Shown here piece by piece: positions 21,506 to 33,399 of a stretch of DNA of 64,000 nucleotides. The notes under the pieces were generated by a model. The model ran no database searches. It was not told the DNA's origin and saw only the letters and a list, made by a program, of their open reading frames with translations. The first letter of the stretch is position 1, and every line of letters begins with the position of its first letter. Origin of the DNA: an uncultured delta proteobacterium (lineage in GTDB: Bacteria; Desulfobacterota; Syntrophobacteria; BM002); NCBI GenBank assembly GCA_963712115.1, contig CAVQGX010000011.1, positions 22,048 through 86,047 on the forward strand, in the 5' to 3' direction. A program made the position numbers and the translations under genes.

Positions 21506-22465
21506 ATGTTAGCATTTTTGGGCCGCAGCCTGGTGCAGAAGACCGTCACTCTTTTCTTTGTCTCGGTAATTTCCTTTGCAGTCGTACATTTAGCCCCAGG
21601 TGAACCCAGTCAGGTGGATCCTTTGAATCCCAAGTTCACCAAGGAGGTGGTAGAGCGGTTTCGCCAGCAGTTCCACCTGGACAAGCCTCTTTACCAGCAG
21701 TACCTCCTGTTTTACCGCGATCTGTTCACCGGCAAAAGCACCTCGTGGAAAGACGGTCGTTCCGTACTGGCCAAGATCTACGAGCGTTTCCTTAACAGCC
21801 TGCCCCTTTTTATTGTCGGCACCTTGATTACCTGGACACTATCGTTTCCGGTGGGAATTCAAGCAGCCATAAAGCGAGGGGGCAAATACGATCGTATGAC
21901 AACCTTTTTGGCCTACCTGCTCATATCCATACCGGGATTTTTCTTCGCCTATATACTTATAATTTTTGTGGTAAATACCTTCCATGTCCCGGTCATTGGC
22001 ATGCGCACCTTTGGCCTCAGTGGGGCCGGACTTGCCACCAGGATGATGGACAGAGTCTGGCATCTGCTCCTCCCTTCCATTTTGGGGGCGACCGGAGGCA
22101 TAGCCGTGCTCTCCCGTTACGTGCGCAACCAGATGCTCGAAGTGGAGGGCGAGGATTACGTTCGAACAGCCAGGGCCAAAGGGCTTCCCGAGGAACAAGT
22201 TCATTACAAGCACGCTCTGCGAAACGCTCTGCTGCCTTTTGTCACCATGTTCGGGTTGGTTTTGCCTGGACTCATCGGTGGATCGGTAATCATCGAGTCA
22301 ATATTTTCCTGGCCTGGAATTGGGCGCATGGCCTATGAGGCTATTCTTGCCCGGGATTATCCATTGATTATCACGGTGAACTTCATTTCGGCGATCTTGG
22401 TGCTCGCGGGCACTTTCTTTTCCGACCTGCTCTATATGGTGGTGGATCCGAGGATTAAGCTGTGA
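21506..22465 (+). CDS. Peptide ABC permease (OppB/DppB-like)
   Basis: HLAPG, DYVRTARAKGL, KHALRNA, IESIFSWPGIG. Confidence 0.93.
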   Translation: MLAFLGRSLVQKTVTLFFVSVISFAVVHLAPGEPSQVDPLNPKFTKEVVERFRQQFHLDKPLYQQYLLFYRDLFTGKSTSWKDGRSVLAKIYERFLNSLPLFIVGTLITWTLSFPVGIQAAIKRGGKYDRMTTFLAYLLISIPGFFFAYILIIFVVNTFHVPVIGMRTFGLSGAGLATRMMDRVWHLLLPSILGATGGIAVLSRYVRNQMLEVEGEDYVRTARAKGLPEEQVHYKHALRNALLPFVTMFGLVLPGLIGGSVIIESIFSWPGIGRMAYEAILARDYPLIITVNFISAILVLAGTFFSDLLYMVVDPRIKL

Positions 22466-22615
22466 GAGGCATAGGGCATAGAGCATGGGGCGTAGAGTAA
22501 GGAGCCAGGAGCCAGAATTCAGGAGAAAAAAACAAAGAAAATAATACTTTATTCTACTGGCTACTAACTAATAACTAGTAACAAATAACGTATAACGTGC
22601 AAGGCTAGGTGAAAC

Positions 22616-23773
22616 GTGCAGTATTCGGCTTCTGAACATACCTTCGCAGTTGAAACACTGGAGCTACCGCCGCAGCGGACCAGACTGCAGGAATTCTGGG
22701 CTCAGCTTAGCAAGAACCGACTCGCCTTGATAGGGCTGGCCATCTTCCTTCTCTTCTTTGTGGTTGCAGTAGCCGGCTCGCTTCTTACCTACGGCACATC
22801 TCCGAAACTGGATCCTAGCCTGGTAAGACTCCAGGAAAAGCTGCGACCACCCCTATCTGCACCGAACCTGGAGTCATTGCTCCCTGAGGAGGTACCACCT
22901 TTGGGTGTCTATTTGCTGGGTACCGATGAACTCGGACGGGATGTGTTCGCCCGCATGCTACAGGGAGCCAAGGTATCTCTTGAGGTGGGGTTCGTGGCAG
23001 TGGGAATCGCCGTGCTTATCGGGGTGATCCTGGGCGGCCTATCTGGCTACTATGGCGATAGTCCCATTAGAGTGGGGCAAGTGCTCATTGTAATCTTAGC
23101 GGTTTTGGCGCTGGTGAAGTGGGGTAAGTCGCTTGGAGGCTTTCTTATAACCCTCGCCCTTGCCGTCATTGCCATCGCAGCCGCCTCGGTGCTGCTGCGC
23201 CACAAGAAGTCGCGAGGGCCGCTGCCTCTGTTACATGCCCAACTCTTGTCAGTGGATATGCTAATTACCAGTCTCATAGACATTATGCTCTGTTTCCCCA
23301 GTTTCTTCCTGATCCTGACCGTTGTGGCATTGCTACCAGCAAGCACGATCAACATTATGATAGTGATCGGCCTTACCAGCTGGATGGGAGCGGCGCGTTT
23401 TGTCAGGGCCGAGTTTCTTTCTCTGCGAGAGCAGGATTTCGTCACTGCAGCCAGGGCTCTGGGGGTTTCGGACTGGCGGATCATTTTTCGCCACATGATG
23501 CCCAATGCCATTGCTCCAGTACTGGTTTCAGCCACAATCGGCATCGCCATGGCAATCCTGACCGAAGCTGGTCTGAGCTTCCTCGGCTTTGGAGTGCCAC
23601 CGCCGGATGCCACCTGGGGCAACATTCTCTCCGATGGCAGGTACTACCTTTTTGACGCACCCTGGCTCACCATAATACCAGGTGTGGCTATTCTGGTGGT
23701 GGTGCTGTCCTTTAATCTATTTGGTGAAGGGATGCGGGATATTCTCAATCCCAAGTTGAGGGAAAGACACTAG
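22616..23773 (+). CDS. Peptide ABC permease (OppC/DppC-like)
   Basis: LGTDELGRDVFAR, DFVTAARALG, EAGLSFLGFG. Confidence 0.93.
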   Translation: MQYSASEHTFAVETLELPPQRTRLQEFWAQLSKNRLALIGLAIFLLFFVVAVAGSLLTYGTSPKLDPSLVRLQEKLRPPLSAPNLESLLPEEVPPLGVYLLGTDELGRDVFARMLQGAKVSLEVGFVAVGIAVLIGVILGGLSGYYGDSPIRVGQVLIVILAVLALVKWGKSLGGFLITLALAVIAIAAASVLLRHKKSRGPLPLLHAQLLSVDMLITSLIDIMLCFPSFFLILTVVALLPASTINIMIVIGLTSWMGAARFVRAEFLSLREQDFVTAARALGVSDWRIIFRHMMPNAIAPVLVSATIGIAMAILTEAGLSFLGFGVPPPDATWGNILSDGRYYLFDAPWLTIIPGVAILVVVLSFNLFGEGMRDILNPKLRERH

Positions 23774-23952
23774 GATTTCGGATTGTGGATTGTGGATTGT
23801 GGATTGCGGATTGAGAAGGCATGGAGCACAGAGTGAGGAGTCAGGAGTCAGAATCCATAATTCAGGAGAAAAGCAATCAAGATTGAATTCCTCTCAACTA
23901 CTGACTGCTGACTACTTCTGCGTGGTGCCTAGTGAGTAGTTCCTAGTGCCTT
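23774..23952. repeat. Heptamer repeat mosaic
   Basis: GGATTGT-type units x6, a module shared with 5296-5360, and TAGTGCC-type units. Confidence 0.75.
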
Positions 23953-23991
23953 GTGATAAGTGGGTACTGCCCACCCAAACGAGCAAAGACA

Positions 23992-24987
23992 ATGACATCT
24001 GAGCCTCTATTAATCGTTGATGATCTAAAGGTTTATTTCGACACCGACCTGGGTGTGGCAAAGGCGGTGGACGGGGTGAGTTACCAGGTGCGGCGAGGGG
24101 AGACAGTTTGCCTGGTGGGAGAGTCAGGCTGCGGCAAAACGGTTTCAGCCCTCAGCATACTTGGCCTGCTTCCCCAGCCACCTGCGCGGATCGCTGGAGG
24201 GGAAGTGTTGTTTAAGGGAAGAAATCTCCTGGAATTGGGTGAAGAGGATTTACAAAGGGTCCGGGGTCGGGAGATATCCATGGTCTTCCAGGAACCGATG
24301 ACTTCACTTAACCCGGTGTTTACCGTTGGGCACCAGATTGAGGAAGTGATTACCACCCACGAGGGTGCGAGCCACAAAGAGGCCGAGAAAAGGATCCTCA
24401 AATTACTCCACGATGTGGGCATTCCCTCTCCCGAAGAACGCATCCACGACTACCCTCATAATCTCAGCGGCGGGCAGCGGCAGAGGGTGATGATCGCTAT
24501 GGCTCTGGCCTGTGGTCCCGATTTAATCATTGCAGACGAGCCCACCACGGCCCTGGATGTGACCATTCAGGCCCAGATACTCAACCTCTTCCGTGAACTC
24601 CAAGAAAAAAAGGGGATGGCCATCTTGCAGATAACCCATGACCTCAGCGTGGTTGCCGGCATGGCCGATCGGATCTATGTGATGTATGCGGGGATTGTGG
24701 TGGAAGAGGGCTCAGTGTGGCAAATATTCCGCGACCCTTCTCATCCTTATACTATGGGATTGCTGGAATCATTGCCAGGTCGGAGGGAAAAGGGCCAAGA
24801 ACTGGCCACTATTCCGGGGGCAGTTCCTGATCCCACTAGAAAACCTGCGGGTTGCCCATTCCATCCTCGCTGTACCTATGTCCAAGAAGACTGCCGAAGC
24901 CAATTCCCGGAGATGTATAATTTTGGCGACAATCATTTGGCCAGATGTCCAATTATTCATGCAGAGCGCAGAGCGCATAGCGCATAG
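23992..24987 (+). CDS. Peptide ABC ATP-binding protein (OppD-like)
   Basis: [31 protein letters not shown]. Confidence 0.94.
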   Translation: MTSEPLLIVDDLKVYFDTDLGVAKAVDGVSYQVRRGETVCLVGESGCGKTVSALSILGLLPQPPARIAGGEVLFKGRNLLELGEEDLQRVRGREISMVFQEPMTSLNPVFTVGHQIEEVITTHEGASHKEAEKRILKLLHDVGIPSPEERIHDYPHNLSGGQRQRVMIAMALACGPDLIIADEPTTALDVTIQAQILNLFRELQEKKGMAILQITHDLSVVAGMADRIYVMYAGIVVEEGSVWQIFRDPSHPYTMGLLESLPGRREKGQELATIPGAVPDPTRKPAGCPFHPRCTYVQEDCRSQFPEMYNFGDNHLARCPIIHAERRAHSA

Positions 24988-25066
24988 CGTAATGAGATAT
25001 GAGATGTGGGATTTAAGATCGTCTCGACTGAGATCTCACATCCCACATCAGCGAGACTCTAGTTAG

Positions 25067-26068
25067 ATGAGCAGAGAGAGCACAGCAAATAACAACGTGA
25101 TTTTGAAAGTTCAGGGGCTGAAAAAGTATTTCCCTGTGCAGCGGGGTTTTTTGCAGCGAGTGGTTGGCTGGATTAAGGCCGTTGACGGGGTGGATTTGGA
25201 AATGCTTGCGGGCAAAACACTAGGCCTGGTGGGTGAGAGCGGCTGCGGCAAGTCTACTCTGGCCAGACTTATTCTCAAGCTGATCGAGCCGGATAAAGGA
25301 AAGATTCTCTTCAAGGGTGAAGATATTAGTGAGCTTTCTCGGGCTGAGATGAAACCCTATCGTGGCATGATGCAGATCATCTTCCAGGATCCCTTTGGCT
25401 CTCTCAATCCCAGAATGACAGTGGGTCAATCAATTGAGGAAGGTCTGCGCAGCACCAACAAGGGAGGACGCGGGCAGCGCCAAGCCCGTGTAGCTGAACT
25501 GCTGGAGATGGTGGGAATCCCAGCCTGGGCAGCCCAGCGCTATCCGCACGAATTCAGCGGCGGTCAAAGACAACGCATCGGAATCGCCAGGGCACTGAGC
25601 GTGGAGCCAGAGTTGATCATTTGCGACGAACCGGTCTCAGCTCTGGATGTCTCGATTCAGGCCCAGATTTTAAATCTCCTCCAGGATTTAAGGAAAAGAT
25701 TGGGTCTTAGTTACCTCTTCATCGCCCATGACTTGAATGTGGTGGAGTATGTCAGCGACACCGTTGCCATCATGTATCTGGGTCATGTCATGGAGTATGG
25801 TCCTGCAGAGCAAGTTTATAGTCAGCATCTCCATCCCTACTCCTCAGCCCTGTTGGAAGCGGCGCCGGTGCCAGAGCCGTCGGCCAAGCTTTCTTGGACA
25901 CCGCTGGCCGGTGACGTACCAAGTCCCTTCAATCCCCCACCGGGGTGCAAATTCCAAAATCGCTGCCCCCTGGTCGAGGATCGCTGCAAGAGAGAGGAGA
26001 TTGAGTTATATGAGGTAGATGGCAGCGACAACCATTTTGTTCGCTGTTGGAAGGTGCTAGCCCGCTAA
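25067..26068 (+). CDS. Peptide ABC ATP-binding protein (OppF-like)
   Basis: GESGCGKS, FSGGQRQR, DEPVSALD. Confidence 0.94.
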   Translation: MSRESTANNNVILKVQGLKKYFPVQRGFLQRVVGWIKAVDGVDLEMLAGKTLGLVGESGCGKSTLARLILKLIEPDKGKILFKGEDISELSRAEMKPYRGMMQIIFQDPFGSLNPRMTVGQSIEEGLRSTNKGGRGQRQARVAELLEMVGIPAWAAQRYPHEFSGGQRQRIGIARALSVEPELIICDEPVSALDVSIQAQILNLLQDLRKRLGLSYLFIAHDLNVVEYVSDTVAIMYLGHVMEYGPAEQVYSQHLHPYSSALLEAAPVPEPSAKLSWTPLAGDVPSPFNPPPGCKFQNRCPLVEDRCKREEIELYEVDGSDNHFVRCWKVLAR

Positions 26069-26324
26069 CCGCAAAGCGCGAAGCGCTTTGCGCACGAGAC
26101 GGGCAAGTCGGGAGGTCTGGCGAGACGGGGGAATAAACTCTCCAACTCGTCTCGCCCGACCTCGCGTCTCGCAGAGGACTGCTCTTGGCGCTTTGCTCAT
26201 TTGATCTTGGCAGCGAAATATGCTACCTAGGGGCTCACCCGCATAATTGCGGTCTTCAACCGAGAACCAAGTAGGTTGCGAGGAATTTTTCCTCTAAATT
26301 TTAGGCATTTTAGGCATTTGACAT

Positions 26325-27695
26325 ATGAATACAAGCGAGAGCACCCCATATACACCGGAGGAACCCCCCCAGCGCCGGATCTACTCGGTCAGTGAGCTAA
26401 CCAGGGAGATACGAATGCTACTGGAGGATCACTTCCCCTTCCTCTGGGTAGAGGGAGAGATCTCCAACTTCAGGGTGCCTTCATCGGGGCACTACTATTT
26501 CGTAGTTAAAGACGGAGAAAGTCAAATACGGTGTGTCATGTTCCGCTCCCAGCACCGGTGGCTTCGCTTTCTGCCCGAGGACGGCCTAAATGTACTATGT
26601 CAGGCCAGGGTTAGTGTCTACGAGCCGCGGGGTGAATACCAACTATTGGTGGATGCTATGGAGCCCCGGGGTGTGGGGGCGCTGCAACTTGCCTATGAGC
26701 AGCTGAAGGGTCGATTGGAAGCAGAAGGGTTATTCGACCCTGAGCACAAGAAACCAATTCCCTTTCTCACCCAACGTCTAGGTGTGGTTACCTCCGCCAC
26801 GGGTGCTGCCATCCGAGACATAATCAGGGTGGTCAGGGAGAGATACAGCAACCTGGAAATTTACCTCTATCCTGCCAAGGTTCAGGGTGAAGGTGCTGCA
26901 ACTGAGATCGCTAAGGGAATAGATACATTTAATAATGAGTTTCCCGTAGACGTTTTGATAGTAGGCCGGGGCGGTGGATCTTGGGAGGACCTATGGGCTT
27001 TCAATGAGGAAGTTGTAGTCCGCGCTATTTTTCGCTCGCACATCCCGGTCATTTCCGCAGTGGGTCACGAAATTGATGTAACCCTGGCGGATTTAGTGGC
27101 AGACGTGCGCGCACCGACACCCTCGGCTGCAGCGGAAATGGTGGCCCAACATAAGGAAGCTCTGGAAACGCTCGTGGCTAACTTATATCAGCGGTTGGCA
27201 GGGCGCCTTCGTCAGATAGTGAACCTAGCCGGCGAACGTTTGGACAGCAGGAAAAAACGGCTGCGCCATCCCGCCGCGCGGTTGGCTGATCTTAGGTTGC
27301 GCCTGGACGAGCAGGCCCAACGGTTGGAGTTTGCCGTGCGCCAGAGAGTGCGCTCAGAAAGTCAAATATTTTTGAGGGTGAAAGACAATTTGCTCCACCT
27401 CAGCCCAAGCCGAAGGATCGTTGAGGCGCAGGGATTGTTGGACCAGTATTGGCACCGCCTTGAGCTTTTCGTCGGACAGATTTTGCAGAAAAAACATCAG
27501 ATGTTGGAGCGGAACTTGACCCAATTGGATGGCCTGAGTCCACTGGGGATACTAGCCCGTGGCTACTCCATTACTACTACCTGGCCGAAGGGGGCGGTGA
27601 TTCGCTCGACTAGGCAGGTGAGGGAGGATGACACTGTTAAAGTCCGCTTGCACGAGGGCTCATTGCGTTGCAATGTTGTGCGGGTAGAGGAGTGA
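26325..27695 (+). CDS. xseA: Exodeoxyribonuclease VII large subunit
   Basis: WVEGEISN, SGHYYF, RGGGS, GHEID, RAPTPSAAAE. Confidence 0.96.
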   Translation: MNTSESTPYTPEEPPQRRIYSVSELTREIRMLLEDHFPFLWVEGEISNFRVPSSGHYYFVVKDGESQIRCVMFRSQHRWLRFLPEDGLNVLCQARVSVYEPRGEYQLLVDAMEPRGVGALQLAYEQLKGRLEAEGLFDPEHKKPIPFLTQRLGVVTSATGAAIRDIIRVVRERYSNLEIYLYPAKVQGEGAATEIAKGIDTFNNEFPVDVLIVGRGGGSWEDLWAFNEEVVVRAIFRSHIPVISAVGHEIDVTLADLVADVRAPTPSAAAEMVAQHKEALETLVANLYQRLAGRLRQIVNLAGERLDSRKKRLRHPAARLADLRLRLDEQAQRLEFAVRQRVRSESQIFLRVKDNLLHLSPSRRIVEAQGLLDQYWHRLELFVGQILQKKHQMLERNLTQLDGLSPLGILARGYSITTTWPKGAVIRSTRQVREDDTVKVRLHEGSLRCNVVRVEE

Positions 27696-27756
27696 GCAAG
27701 TAACCACAGAGGCCAAAAAGGTCAGAAAGTCATTCAGCAATCAAAGAATCTTCTTT

Positions 27757-28656
27757 GTGGGTTTTGCTGTTCAACCAGGAGCGGTAATATTGAGAAGAAC
27801 ACTCTTGAGTATGTCTATTTCCCTGATCTTAATAGTAGCAGCAACGCCTGTCCCGGGGGCCACTGAACTGATCCTTCGCACTGGACCCGTTGCCCAGGGT
27901 GAAGTGGTGCAGATTCACCTAACTGGGCTGAAGGACGGCTCCAAGGTGAAGGGCTCGTGGCAGGGACAGCCCCTTGAGTTTTTTGAGGTAGAAGAGGAAG
28001 AGTACAGATCTTTGTTGGGTATAGATTTTAGGCTGACTCCCGGGACCTATCCCTTGGAGGTGCAAGTCTCCACCCCGGGTAATAGTCAGTCCACTTATCG
28101 CACTAGCATAGAAGTTGAGAAAAAAGAATTTGGTGAACAAAGCTTAAACCTACCGGAGAAAATGGTAACCCTGGATCCGGACACGCTCAAACGGGTTAGA
28201 AAAGAATCCGCTGAGTTTAAGAAACTATGGGACATACATACGCCCAAGCGTTACTGGCATGGCAATTTTGTCCGGCCGGTGCCGGGGAAACTCTCTACAC
28301 CTTTCGGACTCGGGAGAATCCTCAACGGAGAACCAAGAAGCCCTCACTCAGGCGTAGACTTGCGCGCTAATTTGAGTGAACCGGTGAGGGCAGCCAATCA
28401 CGGCCGAATCGTCTTGGTGGGAGATTTTTTCTTCCACGGGAAGGCGGTGGTCATCGATCACGGTTGGGGTTTGTACACTATGTATTTTCACCTTTCCAAG
28501 GCAAATGTTTCTAAAGGTGATTTGGTGGGGAAAAGTTATGTCATTGGTCTTGCTGGCTCCACCGGACGAGCCACTGGCCCCCATTTACACTGGGGCGTCC
28601 GGTTGGGAGGAGCAAGGGTAGATCCCTTCGCCCTTATGCGGGTGACAACCGAGTGA
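27757..28656 (+). CDS. M23-family metallopeptidase (exported)
   Basis: HSGVD and TGPHLH motifs, signal-like N-terminus; start uncertain. Confidence 0.9.
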   Translation: MGFAVQPGAVILRRTLLSMSISLILIVAATPVPGATELILRTGPVAQGEVVQIHLTGLKDGSKVKGSWQGQPLEFFEVEEEEYRSLLGIDFRLTPGTYPLEVQVSTPGNSQSTYRTSIEVEKKEFGEQSLNLPEKMVTLDPDTLKRVRKESAEFKKLWDIHTPKRYWHGNFVRPVPGKLSTPFGLGRILNGEPRSPHSGVDLRANLSEPVRAANHGRIVLVGDFFFHGKAVVIDHGWGLYTMYFHLSKANVSKGDLVGKSYVIGLAGSTGRATGPHLHWGVRLGGARVDPFALMRVTTE

Positions 28657-28665
28657 GAGGAAAAC

Positions 28666-28908
28666 GTGGCAAGGAAGAAAGAGAAATTTGAAGAGGCTCT
28701 GCAAAAGCTCGAGGCGATTGTCGCTAAGATGGAGGAGGGAGATCTTCCTCTGGAGGAAGCACTTAAAGAATTTGAGGAAGGGGTGAGGCTGGCAAAATTC
28801 TGCACCGGCAAACTGGACGAGGCAGAGCGCAAGGTGGAGAAACTCATTCGTGACCAAGCTGGCAAAATACAAACCACTCCATTCAGTGAGGAGGGAGATG
28901 ACTCCTGA
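28666..28908 (+). CDS. xseB: Exodeoxyribonuclease VII small subunit
   Basis: FEEALQKLEAIVAKMEEGDLPLEEALKEFEEG. Confidence 0.95.
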   Translation: MARKKEKFEEALQKLEAIVAKMEEGDLPLEEALKEFEEGVRLAKFCTGKLDEAERKVEKLIRDQAGKIQTTPFSEEGDDS

Positions 28909-29791
28909 CTTCGACCTAAAGCAATATCTGGAGAGGTATCGCTTAATAGTTGAAAAGGCTTTAGAGACTGCCCTGCCAGAGAATGAGGGGCCAGAAGCCA
29001 GAGTTGTCGAAGCTATGCGCTATAGCCTTTTTGCCGGCGGCAAACGGCTCCGTCCTATCCTTTGTCTGGCCGCGGCCGAAGCAGTGGGTGATGAAATTGA
29101 GGCTGCCATGCCTGCAGCCTGCGCCCTGGAAATGATACATACCTATTCGCTTATTCACGACGATCTGCCTGCCATGGATGACGACGACCTGCGGCGTGGT
29201 AAACCCACAAGCCACGTGGTTTTTGGAGAAGCCATAGCTATTCTTGCCGGAGACGGTTTACTCACCGAGGCTTTTGTGCTTCTCAGTGATTATCCCACCT
29301 TGCTGCCGGAAAAGGCTCTACAGCTGATTGGCGTCATTGCCAGGGCGGCAAGCTACCGTGGAATGGTGGGTGGTCAAGTGGTGGATATGCTCTCACAGAA
29401 CAAGCCGGCCGATCTCGAAACTGTGCAGCAGATGCACAGTCGCAAAACTGCCGCCCTCATTTCAGCAGCGGCTGAATCGGGAGCGCTGGCTGGTGGAGGC
29501 ACCGATGACCAGGTGGAGGCACTGGCTAGATATGGCAGAGCTATTGGGCTAGCCTTTCAGATAGCAGATGATATTCTGGATATTGAGGGCCATACTGAGG
29601 TTCTCGGCAAGACAGCAGGTTCCGATGTGGCCAGGGGCAAGGTAACCTACCCTGCGGCGGTGGGCTTGGAAGGCTCGCGAGAAGCGGCTCGAGAGCTGGT
29701 AAACTATGCCTTGGCTGCCCTGGAGAGATTTGATCACAGGGCTGAGCCTTTGCGCGCACTGGCAAGGTATATAATTACGAGGAAGAAATGA
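28898..29791 (+). CDS. ispA: Farnesyl/geranyl diphosphate synthase
   Basis: [31 protein letters not shown]; xseB-ispA-dxs synteny. Confidence 0.93.
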   Translation: MTPDFDLKQYLERYRLIVEKALETALPENEGPEARVVEAMRYSLFAGGKRLRPILCLAAAEAVGDEIEAAMPAACALEMIHTYSLIHDDLPAMDDDDLRRGKPTSHVVFGEAIAILAGDGLLTEAFVLLSDYPTLLPEKALQLIGVIARAASYRGMVGGQVVDMLSQNKPADLETVQQMHSRKTAALISAAAESGALAGGGTDDQVEALARYGRAIGLAFQIADDILDIEGHTEVLGKTAGSDVARGKVTYPAAVGLEGSREAARELVNYALAALERFDHRAEPLRALARYIITRKK

Positions 29792-31779
29792 CAGACGACT
29801 CTTTGCGCCCTGAGCTGAGAGGAAGGAGTGTTAGCTTGAGTAAGGAAACGAGCAAAGAAATTTCTAACTCGGAGGAGCAGAAAGAATCGCTCCTGTCTGG
29901 TATTGACGGCCCGCAAAATCTCAAGTCTTTATCAATCGAAGAGCTCTATCAGCTGGCCGAGGAGATCAGGGACGAGATCGTATGCACTGTCTCTCAAACC
30001 GGAGGGCACTTGGCTCCGAACCTCGGGGCGGTGGAACTGACTCTGGCCCTACATTACGTCTTTGATGCACCCGATGATGTGATTATCTGGGATGTGGGGC
30101 ACCAGGCTTATGCCCATAAACTGATTACCGGTAGAAGAGAGCAGTTCCACACCATTAGAACACATGGAGGAATCAGCGGTTTTCCCAAGCGAAGCGAGAG
30201 CCCATACGATGCCTTTGGTGTTGGCCATGCCAGTACCTCTATTTCAGCGGCCCTGGGTTTTGCCTCAGGCAAACATATTAAAGGAGACAAAAACAGGGTA
30301 ATCGCCGTTATTGGCGACGGTTCCATGACCGGGGGTATGGCCTTCGAGGGACTGAACCAGGCTGGCCATTTGGAGCGCGACCTCATAGTGGTCTTGAACG
30401 ACAATGAGATGTCTATCGCTCCCAATGTTGGCGCTCTTTCATCCTTCTTGAGCCGCAAGAAGACCAGCAAGCTGGCGGTGCGTATTAGGAAGGATGTGAG
30501 GAGTGTGCTCACCAGTATCCCTGGAATTGGTGACGACATTGTGCAGCTGGCAAAAAGGGGCGAGGACTCACTAATGAGTTTTTTTACTCCAGGCATGCTT
30601 TTTGAGGCCCTGAAATTCGAGTATATCGGCCCAATAAGAGGGCATCGGTTGGAACGTCTCATCGAAGCCTTCACCAACGCCAAGAACCTCAGAGGGCCGG
30701 TACTGGTGCACGCCTTGACCACCAAGGGTAAGGGCTACAGGCCTGCGGAATGTGATCCTTCCAAATTTCACGGTCTGGGAAGATTTGAAGTGAGTACGGG
30801 CGAACCCATAAACAAGCCGGAGGCGCCTTCATATACGAAGATATTTGGACAGACCATGGTGAGGTTGGCCGAGGAGGACGAGAAAATAGTTGCCATCACA
30901 GCTGCCATGCCCGAGGGCACCGGTTTGAGTCAATTCGCCGCTCTCTATCCGGAACGTTTTTTTGATGTGGGAATTTGCGAGCAGCATGCGTTGACCTTTG
31001 CTGCCGGATTAGCTCTGGAGGGGTTTAAACCTGTGGCAGCCATCTACAGCACCTTTTTGCAGCGGGCCTATGACCAGGTGGTTCATGATATATGTCTGCA
31101 AAATCTGCCTGTCACCATTGTTATGGATCGAGGAGGATTGGTGGGCGAGGACGGTCCCACTCATCACGGCGTTTTCGACCTCTCCTATCTTCGCCAAGTC
31201 CCAAACATGGTGTTAATGGCTCCTGCTGATGAGAATGAGCTGCAGAGAATGTTGAAAACGGCTCTGGAACATGATGGCCCAGCAGCTCTACGTTACCCGC
31301 GCGGCGAGGCTCAGGGCGTGCCCCTGGATTCTGAAATTCGGTCTATGGACATCGGCAAAGGGAAGCTCTTGCGTGAAGGCGATGAACTGGCCATCCTGGC
31401 CATAGGTAACAGGGTGTGGCCAGCGGTTGAGGCGGCCAAGGAACTGGAGAAAGAGGGTGTGCGGGCAGCGGTTGTCAACTGTCGTTTTGTGAAACCGCTG
31501 GACAAGGAGCTCATTCTGGAGACGGCTCAACAGAGCAATCGTGTTCTCACCGTGGAGGAAAACGTTCTGCAGGGAGGCTTCGGCAGTGCAGTGCTCGAAC
31601 TTTTGGCCGAAGAGGGCTTGACTGGAATCAGGGTTGTTCGTCTGGGCATTGGTGATCAGTTCATCGAGCACGCTTCTCAAGAGGTACAGCGGTCCATCTG
31701 CTCCATTGATACTCGGGCAATTGTCAAGGCGGCCCGTGTTATGGTTGCAGGGGATAGCGTCCAAAAAGTGGCGTCTTAA
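29788..31779 (+). CDS. dxs: 1-deoxy-D-xylulose-5-phosphate synthase
   Basis: [27 protein letters not shown]; true start may be slightly downstream. Confidence 0.96.
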   Translation: MTDDSLRPELRGRSVSLSKETSKEISNSEEQKESLLSGIDGPQNLKSLSIEELYQLAEEIRDEIVCTVSQTGGHLAPNLGAVELTLALHYVFDAPDDVIIWDVGHQAYAHKLITGRREQFHTIRTHGGISGFPKRSESPYDAFGVGHASTSISAALGFASGKHIKGDKNRVIAVIGDGSMTGGMAFEGLNQAGHLERDLIVVLNDNEMSIAPNVGALSSFLSRKKTSKLAVRIRKDVRSVLTSIPGIGDDIVQLAKRGEDSLMSFFTPGMLFEALKFEYIGPIRGHRLERLIEAFTNAKNLRGPVLVHALTTKGKGYRPAECDPSKFHGLGRFEVSTGEPINKPEAPSYTKIFGQTMVRLAEEDEKIVAITAAMPEGTGLSQFAALYPERFFDVGICEQHALTFAAGLALEGFKPVAAIYSTFLQRAYDQVVHDICLQNLPVTIVMDRGGLVGEDGPTHHGVFDLSYLRQVPNMVLMAPADENELQRMLKTALEHDGPAALRYPRGEAQGVPLDSEIRSMDIGKGKLLREGDELAILAIGNRVWPAVEAAKELEKEGVRAAVVNCRFVKPLDKELILETAQQSNRVLTVEENVLQGGFGSAVLELLAEEGLTGIRVVRLGIGDQFIEHASQEVQRSICSIDTRAIVKAARVMVAGDSVQKVAS

Positions 31780-31961
31780 GTTTAGCAGTCAGCTTTCAGC
31801 TTCCAGCCTTCAGCACGGAGAGATTTTGGGTTCTTCAGAAATTTGCTTGGAAGCAAAAAAAGAGAGTTGGATTGGCTAGGAGGAGCTATCCGCCCCGAGT
31901 GGCACTTTGGCAAAGACGGCTTAAAGGGTTTGATTCATTTTAAGCTGGGGACCAATAGCTG

Positions 31962-32705
31962 ATGGCTGGTCGCTCACGTCTAGACGTCTTGCTGGTGGAA
32001 AGAGGGTTGGCTGAAAGCCGCCACCGTGCTGTAGCATTGATTCTTGCAGGCAAGGTGCAAGTTGACGGCTACCAGGCTTCAAAGGCGGGTCAACGTGTGG
32101 CGGCAGACGCAAAAGTTGAGCTTCTCGATCAGGACGAGACCTACGTTAGCCGCGGTGGTTTCAAGTTAGCCTCAGCCTTGGACAGTTTTTCAATGGAAGT
32201 GGCCCATTTGGTGGTCATGGACGTGGGCGCGTCCACTGGTGGGTTCACCGATTGCCTCTTGCAGCGGGGGGCGAAAAAAGTCTATGCAATCGATGTAGGC
32301 TACGGCCAGCTGGCATGGCAGCTTCGCCAGGATCCGCGGGTGGTTACAGTGGAGCGGTGCAATGTGCGCTACCTGACCAGTAAGCAAGTTTCAGAGCTCG
32401 TAGATCTGGCAGTTATTGACACCTCTTTCATTTCCCTTACAAAAGTCATTCCAAGAGTTCTCGAGTTTGTCAAAGGGGGCGGGCAGCTGCTGGCTCTCAT
32501 CAAGCCTCAATTCGAGGTGGGACGTGGCCAGGTGGGTAAAGGTGGCGTAGTGCGGGATCTGGAGCTACATCGACAGGTCGTTAGAAAGATAGAGCAATTC
32601 TGTCAGGGTCAGGGGATGGAGGTTCGAGGGGTGAAGGAATCGAGCTTGCTTGGCCCCAAAGGAAATCGTGAATTCTTCATTTTCGCGGTGAAATCCGAGA
32701 GATGA
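31962..32705 (+). CDS. tlyA: TlyA rRNA (cytidine-2'-O)-methyltransferase
   Basis: S4 domain, YVSRGGFKL, DVGASTGGFTD, KPQFE. Confidence 0.94.
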   Translation: MAGRSRLDVLLVERGLAESRHRAVALILAGKVQVDGYQASKAGQRVAADAKVELLDQDETYVSRGGFKLASALDSFSMEVAHLVVMDVGASTGGFTDCLLQRGAKKVYAIDVGYGQLAWQLRQDPRVVTVERCNVRYLTSKQVSELVDLAVIDTSFISLTKVIPRVLEFVKGGGQLLALIKPQFEVGRGQVGKGGVVRDLELHRQVVRKIEQFCQGQGMEVRGVKESSLLGPKGNREFFIFAVKSER

Positions 32706-33172
32706 AAATCCAATTAATTTTCGTGGGCAAAACCCGCGAGCCTTACCTGAGACAAGGTGTAGACGACTTCCTAGCCCGCTTGCGTCGGTATCTACCGGTG
32801 GAGGTTAAAACTGTACGTTCCGAGAGGCTGGCTCGAGAAAGTCAGGCAGCACGAGTAGTCTCCCTGGAGAGCGAGAGGGTGGCGGCTGCCGTCCCCAGCC
32901 AGTCCCATCTGGTAGTTCTGGATCGGTTGGGGAGACAGTTGAGCTCGGTATCCCTGGCTCAGTGGTGGAAAAGATTAGAGAGCGAGGGCTGCCGTAAACT
33001 GTGTTTTGCTGTAGGGGGGGTTCTTGGATTTACCGATGAGCTGAGGAGTCAGGCCCAGACCCTGCTTTCCCTTTCAAAAATGACCTTCACCCATGAAATG
33101 AGCAGGCTAATTCTCTTGGAACAACTTTACCGGGCCTGCACGATCATGCGAGGGGAGAAGTACCACAAGTAG
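32702..33172 (+). CDS. rlmH: 23S rRNA pseudouridine-1915 N3-methyltransferase
   Basis: SLSKMTFTHEMSRLILLEQLYRA...GEKYHK. Confidence 0.94.
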   Translation: MKIQLIFVGKTREPYLRQGVDDFLARLRRYLPVEVKTVRSERLARESQAARVVSLESERVAAAVPSQSHLVVLDRLGRQLSSVSLAQWWKRLESEGCRKLCFAVGGVLGFTDELRSQAQTLLSLSKMTFTHEMSRLILLEQLYRACTIMRGEKYHK

Positions 33173-33177
33173 CCTGT

Positions 33178-33399
33178 TTATACGGACTCAACCGCCTTTA
33201 CTTCAGGCACTAATTGCTTAACGATGCGCTCCACCCCTTGCTTTAGAGTCATTTGAGACATAGGACAACCACCACAGGCGCCGGTCAGCCTCACTTTCAC
33301 TATGCCGTTTTCTTCCACTTCTACTAGCTCGATGTCGCCACCGTCACGTTGAAGAGCAGGCCGAATCTTATCTAAGGCCTGTTCGATTTGTTCCCTCAT
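33178..33399 (-). CDS. NifU/NfuA-type Fe-S carrier
   Basis: [23 protein letters not shown]. Confidence 0.92.
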   Translation of the reverse strand: MREQIEQALDKIRPALQRDGGDIELVEVEENGIVKVRLTGACGGCPMSQMTLKQGVERIVKQLVPEVKAVESV

